NCBI GenBank assembly: GCA_903831095.1
Contig: CAIKWD010000026.1
Coordinates: 136,477 to 200,476 of the forward strand
Source: Candidatus Staskawiczbacteria bacterium
GTDB lineage: Bacteria; Patescibacteriota; Minisyncoccia; Minisyncoccales; Staskawiczbacteraceae
Length of the DNA: 64,000 bases
Reading direction: 5' to 3'
In this document: positions 1 through 7,615 of the stretch, piece by piece
How positions within the stretch are numbered: position 1 is the first letter of the stretch
Layout of the letters: every line of letters starts with the position of its first letter
Position numbers and translations under genes: made by a program
The notes under the pieces: model-generated
Told to the model about the DNA's origin: nothing
What the model saw: the letters and a program-made list of their open reading frames with translations, nothing else
The model's database searches: none

Positions 1-2
1 TG

Positions 3-728
3 AATAAGATATATAGAAGAGAGACAGAAGTTAGGGATTCTAAAATGAGGAAGTGGTTAATATATTTAACTTTGTTTATTGCTTCTCTAATTATTATGGG
101 CGACTTGGTTTTTACAATAAACACATTTTTAGGTGGAGAAATTACAACCAGGTTTATTTTGAAATCTTTGTCAGTTTTGTTGGTTGCGGGAGTAATTTTT
201 GGATATTATTTGAATGATGTCAGAAAAGAAACCCCTACTGCCTCGGCAAAATATTTTGCTTGGGTATCTGGAGTTTTGGTTTTGGCAGTTTTAGTTATGT
301 CTTTTATTGTTATTGGCTCGCCAAATTCAGCCAGGCTTTTGCAGTTTGACCAGCAGAAGGTTAACGATTTGCAAAATATACAGTCTCAGGTGGTAAATTA
401 TTATCAGAAGAAAGGAACTCTTCCGGCAAAAGCTGTAGATCTGCAAGATTCAATTTCTGGTTTTGTCATACCCGTTGATCCGCAAGCTGGGAGCAATGGT
501 TTTATTTACGAATACAATATAAAAGATGTTGCCAATTTATCATTTGAATTATGTGCAACATTTAACAAACCGTCTCAGTTGCAATCTGGCTTGATGAAAA
601 CTCCTGCCTTAAATCCAATTGACGGAAGAAATCAAGTTTGGGATCACTTAGTTGGAAGAGTTTGTTTTCAGAGAACAATCGATAAACAGCTTTATCCAGT
701 AAATCCAAATGTTGTGCCTGTAAAGTAG
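3..728 (+). CDS. DUF5671-like membrane protein, 5'-truncated by the window edge
   Basis: Frame is open from position 3; several TM segments (WLIYLTLFIASLIIMGDL...FLGGEITTRF) followed by a soluble domain (RLLQFDQQKVNDLQNI...FELCATF) typical of CPR DUF5671 proteins. Confidence 0.6.
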   Translation, partial: NKIYRRETEVRDSKMRKWLIYLTLFIASLIIMGDLVFTINTFLGGEITTRFILKSLSVLLVAGVIFGYYLNDVRKETPTASAKYFAWVSGVLVLAVLVMSFIVIGSPNSARLLQFDQQKVNDLQNIQSQVVNYYQKKGTLPAKAVDLQDSISGFVIPVDPQAGSNGFIYEYNIKDVANLSFELCATFNKPSQLQSGLMKTPALNPIDGRNQVWDHLVGRVCFQRTIDKQLYPVNPNVVPVK

Positions 729-779
729 TAAGCTGTGAGTAACTTGTGGACAAGGGGTATAATAACTATGTAAATAAAA

Positions 780-1655
780 ATGGCAGAAGCTGTTGAAACA
801 ACAGATAATAAATATCCTAAAGTATTAAAGGAATCTTTAAAGAATCTTATAGCAAGCCAGGGGCCCAAGAAGTTATATTACAAGGGAAACTGGAGCGAGG
901 AAATATTTGAAAATTGTCTGGCAGTTGTGGGTTCGCGCCACCTGACTTATTATGGCAGGAAAGCAACAGAACAATTGGTGACAGAATGTGCTGCTGCCGG
1001 GCTTACAATTGTTTCTGGGTTTATGTATGGGGGCGACGAAGCGGCTCATTCTGCAACTGTAAAATGCGGAGGCAAAACGATAGCTGTAATGCCTTGCGGA
1101 ATTGATTTAATACATCCTGGTACTCAGAAAAAACTTTATCAGGAAATTTTGGAAAAAGGCGGGTTGATTATTTCCGAATATGAAGGAGTCACTCAGCCTC
1201 AAACCTTTACTTATGTTCAACGTGACAGAATTGTAGCCGGATTATGCAAAGCAGTTTTGGTAACAGAAGCTGCCTTGGAGTCCGGCTCTTTAATTACAGC
1301 CAGTTATGCAAAAAAATATGGCAAGAAAATATTTGCCTTGCCAGGGCCAATTACCAGCGAGCTTTCAAAAGGCACAATTAAACTTATAAAAGAAGGGGCT
1401 TATCCCGTGACCGAAGCAAAAGAGATTTTGGATTTTTATAAAATTACTCCTACTCATAAAAAAGCAAATAAAAGTTTTATTACTGGCAATACGCTCGAAG
1501 ACAAAATTATAGAGCAGTTAAAAAGAGAGCCGCTGAAAGCTGATCAACTTGCTAGAATGTTTGCAGTCCCTGTGGCAAAGCTGGGCACTTCCCTATCGCT
1601 CATGCAGTTGAAGGGGTTTATAAATTGTGAAAATGGAAAATATTACATCAACTAA
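780..1655 (+). CDS. dprA: DNA-processing protein DprA
   Basis: LAVVGSR, IVSGFMYGGD, RDRIVAGL and EAALESGSLITA motifs; C-terminal winged helix. Confidence 0.93.
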   Translation: MAEAVETTDNKYPKVLKESLKNLIASQGPKKLYYKGNWSEEIFENCLAVVGSRHLTYYGRKATEQLVTECAAAGLTIVSGFMYGGDEAAHSATVKCGGKTIAVMPCGIDLIHPGTQKKLYQEILEKGGLIISEYEGVTQPQTFTYVQRDRIVAGLCKAVLVTEAALESGSLITASYAKKYGKKIFALPGPITSELSKGTIKLIKEGAYPVTEAKEILDFYKITPTHKKANKSFITGNTLEDKIIEQLKREPLKADQLARMFAVPVAKLGTSLSLMQLKGFINCENGKYYIN

Positions 1656-2094
1656 AATAAAGCGTTTAATTTTTGAAACATATATTGCTGTCATAAAAAA
1701 TAGCATTGGCGCAAATTTATTTAGAAATTTTTACGTTAAAAAAAATAATAGGAAAATTGACGTGGCAAACAACGGAGAGTTTTCCTGTGCGTTTTATGTT
1801 TCTTCAATTTTAGTTTTGTTTAAATTGATTAAGGAGGTTCATTTAACAGTTGACTCTACAGTCAAAGATTTAGAAAAATCAGGCTGGAAGAAAATCAAGA
1901 AGCCAAAAATAGGAAGTATTTTGGTTTGGGAAAGTTTAGCTTTTAATAGTGAGGCTCATAAACATGTAGGTTTTTTTATTGGGAATAACAAGGCAATAAG
2001 TAATAGTTATAAGAAGGGTTGTCCTGTTGAACACAGTTGGAATTTTAATGGCAAGAGAAAGGTTGATTTCATATTTTGGAATAATAATTTATAA
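1627..2094 (+). CDS. Hypothetical protein, NlpC/P60- or CHAP-like Cys-His peptidase fold
   Basis: SCAFYVS ... PKIGSILVW ... HKHVGFFIG pattern; overlaps the dprA stop. Confidence 0.5.
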   Translation: MKMENITSTKIKRLIFETYIAVIKNSIGANLFRNFYVKKNNRKIDVANNGEFSCAFYVSSILVLFKLIKEVHLTVDSTVKDLEKSGWKKIKKPKIGSILVWESLAFNSEAHKHVGFFIGNNKAISNSYKKGCPVEHSWNFNGKRKVDFIFWNNNL

Positions 2095-2114
2095 TTGATT
2101 AATACTAAAAAGTA

Positions 2115-2142
2115 ACCGCTTAGGCGGTACCGCTTAAGCGGT
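2115..2142. repeat. Tandem pair of 14-bp palindromes upstream of comM
   Basis: ACCGCTTAGGCGGT followed directly by ACCGCTTAAGCGGT; same motif as the arrays at 5202-5316 and 5550-5666. Confidence 0.9.
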
Positions 2143-2168
2143 ATTTATATTATTTAAATTTATATATT

Positions 2169-3704
2169 ATGCTAATTAAAGTTCCTTCGGTAGTTAATTT
2201 GGGGTTAGAAACAATTAAGGTAGACATTGAAATTAATTTGGCCAACAAAGGCCTGCCCGGGTTTGAAATTGTGGGCTTAGCTGGTAAAGCAGTAGACGAA
2301 AGTAAGGAAAGAGTACGCACGGCAATTGTAAGTAGTGAGGTTGATTTTCCACAAAAGAAAATAACTGTAAATATGGCGCCAGCTGATGTGCCAAAAGAGG
2401 GTTCAATGTATGACTTGCCAATTGCTTTGGGAATTTTAAGTAGTGTTCTGGATTTTCCAATTCCGCAGAAATCTTTATTTTTAGGAGAGCTTTCTTTTGA
2501 TGGCAGTTTGCGCCACACTAAGGGTGCTTTTTTAATGGCGCTTTTTGCCAAAGAAAACGGATTTGTAAATCTATATGTTCCAAAAGATTCAGCCAACGAA
2601 GCTGCAGCAATTAAAGGACTTAAAGTTTTTCCTGTAGAAAATTTAGAGCAAATTTGTAATCACTTGCTTGGAAAGATAGATATTTATCCAATTACCTATA
2701 AGCAAGGTAAAGAAGAAAAAACTTCTGGAGTTGAATTTGATATGAAAGAAGTTTTAGGCCAAGAACAGGCTAAGCGTGCCATGGAAATTGCAGCTTCAGG
2801 TGGACACAATATTATTATGGTAGGAAGCCCTGGGTCTGGTAAAACAATGTTGGCCCGTGCTTTGGCAGGAATTTTGCCTCCACTTAATGAGGCAGAAAGT
2901 TTGGAAGTTACAAAAATATATTCGGCTTCTGGCGGAATTCCGCCTGGTGGAAGTTTGATAACAATGCGCCAGTTTCGCGCGCCTCATCACACTGCTTCTT
3001 TGGCGGGCTTGGTGGGAGGAGGGTCAAAACCTCAGCCTGGTGAAATTAGTTTGGCTCACAGAGGTGTTTTGTTCTTAGACGAGTTTAACGAATTTCCGCG
3101 CACAATTGTGGAAGCCTTGCGCCAGCCTTTGGAAGACGGGCATTTGACAATTTCTCGAAGTAAACAGCGCATTACCTACCCCGCCGACTTTATGCTGGTG
3201 GCTTCGGCCAACCCCTGCCCTTGCGGATATGCAATGCATCCTAAAAAAAGCTGCAACTGCAGTCAGAACCAAATTCAAAAATATCAGAAACGCATTTCGG
3301 GCCCAATTTTAGACAGAATAGATTTGCATATTTCTGTAATGCCAGTTGACGCAACTGAGTTTGAAGGCAACCAGGAGAAGTCGGAATTTTTGGAAGCTTC
3401 AGAAAAAATAAGACAGAGAGTTATTCAGGCTCGGCAAAGGCAGGAGGCTAGGTTTGCTGGCGAACAAATTTGCGCAAACAGCCAGATGAAGAATAGCCAC
3501 ATTAAAAAGTACTGCAAGCTGGCAAATGATGTTGAGGAAATTTTACGGCAGGCCAGCTTGAAGTTCCAGCTTTCAGCCAGGTCTTATATGAAAATGATAA
3601 AAGTGGCACGAACAATTGCCGACTTAGATGGGGCTGACGAAATTGCAATTTCGCATATGGCTGAAGCGCTTCAGTACAAGCCAAAAAATTTCGAAACAGC
3701 TTAA
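2169..3704 (+). CDS. comM: ComM/YifB Mg-chelatase-like AAA+ ATPase
   Basis: VDESKERVR, GSPGSGKT Walker A, FRAPHHTAS, PGEISLAHRGVLFLDE, NPCPCG, SGPILDRID. Confidence 0.93.
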   Translation: MLIKVPSVVNLGLETIKVDIEINLANKGLPGFEIVGLAGKAVDESKERVRTAIVSSEVDFPQKKITVNMAPADVPKEGSMYDLPIALGILSSVLDFPIPQKSLFLGELSFDGSLRHTKGAFLMALFAKENGFVNLYVPKDSANEAAAIKGLKVFPVENLEQICNHLLGKIDIYPITYKQGKEEKTSGVEFDMKEVLGQEQAKRAMEIAASGGHNIIMVGSPGSGKTMLARALAGILPPLNEAESLEVTKIYSASGGIPPGGSLITMRQFRAPHHTASLAGLVGGGSKPQPGEISLAHRGVLFLDEFNEFPRTIVEALRQPLEDGHLTISRSKQRITYPADFMLVASANPCPCGYAMHPKKSCNCSQNQIQKYQKRISGPILDRIDLHISVMPVDATEFEGNQEKSEFLEASEKIRQRVIQARQRQEARFAGEQICANSQMKNSHIKKYCKLANDVEEILRQASLKFQLSARSYMKMIKVARTIADLDGADEIAISHMAEALQYKPKNFETA

Positions 3705-3744
3705 AATACTTGCTTGTACATTAATAATCATGTAAAGTTAAATC

Positions 3745-3900
3745 AACAATTTAATAATTAGCCTAAACCCGCAGATTTATTTGTGGGCATGGTAATAAAA
3801 GTCCGATTAAGAATAGAGATCCCATCATGGGGTTTAGCTTAATCGGCCATACTTGGAAACTTGTATGAGAGACTTTGTCTCTACCTGTGGTGGGCTTTTT
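3745..3900 (+). ncRNA. Putative structured leader RNA, copy 1 of 3 (unnamed family)
   Basis: ACAATTTAATA..GCCTAAA..CATGG, then stem CCGATTAAG/CTTAATCGG, GAAA hairpin, AGAGAC/GTCTCT hairpin, CCCATCATGGG/CCTGTGGTGGG pairing and a U-tract. Confidence 0.7.
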
Positions 3901-3939
3901 GTTAAGCAAAATCCTTCTGCAGGTGAAAAGAGAAAATTT

Positions 3940-4797
3940 ATGGGAACAAGAAATATAGAAAATCGACGTCAGGAGACTGACGAAAATGAGGGTGGAAATA
4001 TGGAATCTGTCTGGGGTAATATTACTCCAGATTATAATAGCCCGGATTTTGAAAAGAAATTTCAAACTGTGCTTGAGTCAAATTCTAAATTTCCTGGTCA
4101 ACTTATTAAAATATTAGATGAATTGCGAGTTGTATATGGCGCAGAACGAGAAAATGCTTATTCCAAAGATGTCGAGAATTTTGGTAAAAAAAGCGGCGTT
4201 AGTAATGAAGACTGGCTTGAGTTAAAAATTGAAAAATATTCCAAACAGGCCTATGAAACATTGTTAAAATCGCCTGATGTTTCTAAGGAGCAATTAATTC
4301 AATCAATCACATTCAAGGATTACATGTTTGATGATGGAGCATCACTTGTTGCCGAAAAATTAGGTACAGAAGCTAAAGACAACAAAGAAAGGATTGAACT
4401 TATTGTCTCTATGAAGGATCGTCTTCCTTATTCAATATCTGTAATTGCTGATCAACTAATGGAAAATAGTGCAACAAAAGGTGAAATAGCGGAAGCAATA
4501 AAATCTATAGCTTGTCCATATGCGGCGGGCGAAGCATTAAATACCCTTTTAACTGGTTTTTTGAAATTAGAAGATACTTCCGTAGATGATGTAAAAGAAA
4601 TTTTTAAGTCACCAGGGATCAATAGTTATCTTGCCCGTAACTCTATATTTGATGAAGCAACTGATAAAAAACAAGCACTTCAATCTGTTAATGCTTTTTT
4701 CCGAAAGGAACATTTTTACAGCGTTGAACAGCGTATTGCTATGGCAGAACATGTAGATGAAGAGAATAAGCCCAAAAAATCAACAAAGAGATATTAA
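3940..4797 (+). CDS. Hypothetical alpha-helical protein
   Basis: Long ORF; ATG at 3940 preferred over 3853 because 3853 lies inside the structured leader. Confidence 0.6.
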   Translation: MGTRNIENRRQETDENEGGNMESVWGNITPDYNSPDFEKKFQTVLESNSKFPGQLIKILDELRVVYGAERENAYSKDVENFGKKSGVSNEDWLELKIEKYSKQAYETLLKSPDVSKEQLIQSITFKDYMFDDGASLVAEKLGTEAKDNKERIELIVSMKDRLPYSISVIADQLMENSATKGEIAEAIKSIACPYAAGEALNTLLTGFLKLEDTSVDDVKEIFKSPGINSYLARNSIFDEATDKKQALQSVNAFFRKEHFYSVEQRIAMAEHVDEENKPKKSTKRY

Positions 4798-4820
4798 TTA
4801 GAATACAAAATGTAAAATTA

Positions 4821-4848
4821 AAAAGACCTGCCAATTAGCAGGTCTTTT
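4821..4848. terminator. Bidirectional intrinsic terminator
   Basis: AAAAGACCTGC-caatta-GCAGGTCTTTT between convergent genes. Confidence 0.8.
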
Positions 4849-4851
4849 ATA

Positions 4852-5529
4852 TTAGATGTTTTTTTCAGATTCTTCAGACTCGGTAAAGCTTCCATTCTCG
4901 AACTTAATCCCCTCTCCTGTCTCGCCGAAAGGTTGGTCTTTTTTGGGCGCGTGAAGTTGCTTTTGGAGATGGTTTATTTGAGCTGCCAACAGTTGCTTTG
5001 TATTTTTTGCGTCGGTTATTATTTTTTCAATTAGGCCTTGCAAAAACTTCTCTCTTTCTACTAATTCGTTGTCTTTGGCTTTGTAGTCTCCAAGCAAAGA
5101 TTCATATTTTTTTATCCAGTCTTTTTTCTCGGCTCGGTCTTCTTTTAATATCTCCAAAAACTCTCGATCAACTGTTATTTGGTCTGGCTCAATTTCCTCG
5201 GACCGCTTAGTCGCTTCGTCTGACCGCTTAAGCGGTACCGCATAAGCGGTGGGGGTACCGCTTAAGCGGTTTGCCTCAATTTCATCGGACCGCTTAGGCG
5301 GTACCGCATAAGCGGTTTCCTGAGGCACTACTTCCAACTCTTTTACCCAAAAATTTTCTTTTAAAAGAATAATGTTCCCAACTCCCTTTTCATATTTTTC
5401 ACTCAAATTTCCCTCGAGTTTCTGAGGGTCAGTCAATTTATACTTTCTAATTCTTCTTCTAATCCTTATGTCTGCAACTTCATATTTTTGGATGAATTCC
5501 TGTATTGTTAAAAAGTCGTTATTGTTCAT
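4852..5529 (-). CDS. Putative DNA-binding protein: N-terminal HTH, repeat-encoded linker, C-terminal coiled coil
   Basis: FLTIQEFIQKYEVADIRIRRRIRK resembles a MerR/Xis-type HTH; E/K/L-rich heptads in the C-terminal half; linker repeats TAYAVP(P/L)KRSDE. Confidence 0.6.
   Translation of the reverse strand: MNNNDFLTIQEFIQKYEVADIRIRRRIRKYKLTDPQKLEGNLSEKYEKGVGNIILLKENFWVKELEVVPQETAYAVPPKRSDEIEANRLSGTPTAYAVPLKRSDEATKRSEEIEPDQITVDREFLEILKEDRAEKKDWIKKYESLLGDYKAKDNELVEREKFLQGLIEKIITDAKNTKQLLAAQINHLQKQLHAPKKDQPFGETGEGIKFENGSFTESEESEKNI
5202..5316. repeat. Intragenic array of 14-bp palindromes (5 good copies and 1 degenerate)
   Basis: ACCGC(T/A)TA(A/G)GCGGT at 5223, 5237, 5257, 5289 and 5303; degenerate copy at 5202. 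Confidence 0.9.
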
Positions 5530-5549
5530 TTTTTTGTTTTATTTTTAAG

Positions 5550-5666
5550 ACCGCTTAAGCGGTAGCGCTTAAGCGGTTTGGGAAGCGCTTAAGCGGTTTT
5601 GGGGTACCGCTTAAGCGGTAGCGCTTAAGCGGTGGGGGGGCGCTTAAGCGGTTCCGCTTAAGCGCT
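5550..5666. repeat. Intergenic array of 7 palindromic CGCTTAAGCG cores
   Basis: Cores start at 5552, 5566, 5586, 5608, 5622, 5641 and 5655; GC-rich island in AT-rich DNA directly upstream of the 4852-5529 gene. Confidence 0.92.
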
Positions 5667-5727
5667 TTATTAATTAATTTTACCAACGTAGGAAAGCAAT
5701 GTCAACATCAAGTTTACCTAAAAACTG

Positions 5728-5751
5728 TCAGGTTAACATATGTTAACCTGA
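5728..5751. promoter_or_regulatory. Perfect 24-bp palindrome (putative operator 1)
   Basis: TCAGGTTAAC-ATAT-GTTAACCTGA, upstream of an extended -10 TGGTATAAT at 5761-5769. Confidence 0.7.
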
Positions 5752-5775
5752 AGTCGTAAGTGGTATAATAGAAGT

Positions 5776-5967
5776 ATGATAGAAATTAACGGAAAAGATT
5801 ATTATACAATTAAGGAATTAGCCGAGGTTCTGAAAATCAGTCGGATATCTGTTTTTAAAAGAGTGAGGCAGGGTTCAATTATAGGGCAGAAAATTGGCCG
5901 CGATTTTGTCATATTTAAAAGGGATATAGATTTAGGTAAATTGAAATCCATAGTAAAGCATAATTAA
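5776..5967 (+). CDS. Small excisionase-like HTH protein (HTH_17 type)
   Basis: YYTIKELAEVLKISRISVFKRVRQGSIIGQKIGRDFVI; ATG 6 nt after the -10, so probably leaderless. Confidence 0.8.
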   Translation: MIEINGKDYYTIKELAEVLKISRISVFKRVRQGSIIGQKIGRDFVIFKRDIDLGKLKSIVKHN

Positions 5968-5980
5968 GTTTTGTGTTTCT

Positions 5981-6004
5981 TCAGGTTAACAGTGGTTAAC
6001 CTGA
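5981..6004. promoter_or_regulatory. 24-bp inverted repeat (putative operator 2)
   Basis: TCAGGTTAAC-AGTG-GTTAACCTGA; arms identical to 5728-5751. Confidence 0.7.
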
Positions 6005-6042
6005 GATTAAATAGAATATAACGTATCCTTTACACATCTCAT

Positions 6043-6999
6043 ATGAATCCACAAGAGTATATACAGTTACAATTAAAGGAGTTGGAAAATTTCAACCCTA
6101 GGGAAATTACAACAGAAAACCTTCACGAGGAGATTTTTAGACTTTTAATGTCAAAAAAATTTAGGAAATATTCTGCTAAGCCCGAACTTGTTGAACATAT
6201 AAAAAATGCAATCAAGATAAATATCAAAGAAAATAAACCAATTAACTTGGTCTTTCCTCATGGCGCTTATAAATTGTGGAGACTTGAAGAGGCGCCCTTT
6301 CCAGATTGGGCAGAATTATTTACGGTAATGTATTATATAAAATGGCTTAAACCGATTTGTGAGATTTATACTCCAGGTGTGCGACTTGAGTTTTATGTTG
6401 ATGACATTATACTCCCTAAAATAAATAATATCTCATTGGAAGATGTCGAACTTTACATTAGTGAGTATCAGAAGATTTTAGATTTTCTCAAGCAATATCG
6501 TCTACAAAATTTTGCAGTGGAAATAACTAGATTTAAAGATTGGTTCCCTAAGGAAGAAATCTTTGAGCAGGCTCTACAAAAAAATATTGAAAAACTTTCA
6601 CTCACAAATCCCATTTTTACCGATAAACAACTAAAAGCAGTTGAATTGAACGCACAACCAACATTAGAACAATTGAAAGATCCTATATGGCGAGAAAAAA
6701 TTAGATTAATTCATGACGCATACATTAATTTAAAGAGAGAAAGGGGCTATTATTTTCAGCCTGATAAGATTGCTATATTTAGCCAACAGCTTAGTTCAGG
6801 AATGTTTCTTGCAGTTGGAACAACTAAAACTTCCATTGCCAAATTTTGGGTAGGCGCTGGTATTCTTGAAAGGAGGGGAGAGAATTATATTGAACATATT
6901 TTTTCGCCTAAACAACTAGCCTCGAAAAAATTTACACTTGAAGCAGTGTCTATCAAAGGATTAGATTCTAAAAATTTCAAAACAATAAGGGTTTTATAA
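6043..6999 (+). CDS. Hypothetical protein, distantly DIT1/PvcA (isonitrile synthase)-like
   Basis: PINLVFP..YK...PFPDWAELF...ICEIYTPGVRLEFYVDD parallels the PvcA pattern LPAFP.K...LPD.GE....I..IY.PG......DG. Confidence 0.45.
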   Translation: MNPQEYIQLQLKELENFNPREITTENLHEEIFRLLMSKKFRKYSAKPELVEHIKNAIKINIKENKPINLVFPHGAYKLWRLEEAPFPDWAELFTVMYYIKWLKPICEIYTPGVRLEFYVDDIILPKINNISLEDVELYISEYQKILDFLKQYRLQNFAVEITRFKDWFPKEEIFEQALQKNIEKLSLTNPIFTDKQLKAVELNAQPTLEQLKDPIWREKIRLIHDAYINLKRERGYYFQPDKIAIFSQQLSSGMFLAVGTTKTSIAKFWVGAGILERRGENYIEHIFSPKQLASKKFTLEAVSIKGLDSKNFKTIRVL

Positions 7000-7014
7000 T
7001 TGGTTATTTTTTAG

Positions 7015-7401
7015 TTGAAAATTATGGCAGAGCATAATTATGTAGGAAAAATTGGTGAGGACTTGGCACGGAAATATTTGGAGGAGAATGGATATAAAAT
7101 TCTTGAGCAGAATTATAAAACAAAATATGCTGAGATTGATTTGGTTGCAGAAAAGTCAGCAAAGTTTTTGGGAAAGAGTACTTTGGTTTTTGTGGAGGTG
7201 CGAACCAAGGTTGGTGAACAGTGGGGCAGTCCTGAAGATACAATAAACAAAGCCAAGCTTTGGAAGGTTTTGCAAAATGCCAAAAGTTACGCAGCTTTTA
7301 AAAAGTGGCAGGGGGCAGAAAGAATTGATGCTATATGTATTGTCTTGAAACCTGATTATTCTGTTGTGCGTCTTACACACCATGAAAACATAATTGCTTG
7401 A
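7015..7401 (+). CDS. yraN: YraN family (UPF0102) endonuclease-like protein
   Basis: GKIGEDLARKYL...EIDLVA...LVFVEVRT...RIDAI. Confidence 0.88.
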   Translation: MKIMAEHNYVGKIGEDLARKYLEENGYKILEQNYKTKYAEIDLVAEKSAKFLGKSTLVFVEVRTKVGEQWGSPEDTINKAKLWKVLQNAKSYAAFKKWQGAERIDAICIVLKPDYSVVRLTHHENIIA

Positions 7402-7525
7402 CATCAGTGGTTTAAATTGCTAAACTTAATCCAAGATAAGAAAGATTATTTGTCCGTCTGACCACGGGCTTTTATTTTTCTCGCACCCTTCTTATTAAAT
7501 ATATATAGAAGGCTGTAATTAATAA

Positions 7526-7602
7526 TCGCTCGGTAATAAACTTTTCTGCGCTATTTCGCCACTTCGTGTGCGAAGGGCTTTCGAAAAGTTCATTACCTCG
7601 CT
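7526..7602 (+). repeat. 77-nt hairpin repeat element upstream of nusA
   Basis: TCGCTCGGTAATAAACTTTT...CACTTCGTG...AAAAGTTCATTACCTCGCT; homologous to 17147-17223 and 33438-33580. Confidence 0.75.
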
Positions 7603-7615
7603 TAAACATACAATT

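Noticed and set aside
3853..3939. ORF-track N-terminal extensions (also 7568, 17187, 40275 and 52752 starts)
   Set aside because: These extensions run through structured non-coding elements; downstream ATGs give normal N-termini.
5202..5666. Palindrome arrays as a CRISPR array
   Set aside because: Repeats are only 10-14 bp, most gaps are 0-18 bp with no unique spacer-length sequences, and no cas genes are present.
2115..5666. 14-mer as a DNA uptake sequence because of its proximity to dprA and comM
   Set aside because: Uptake sequences are dispersed genome-wide and non-palindromic; this motif is confined to 3.5 kb of the window.
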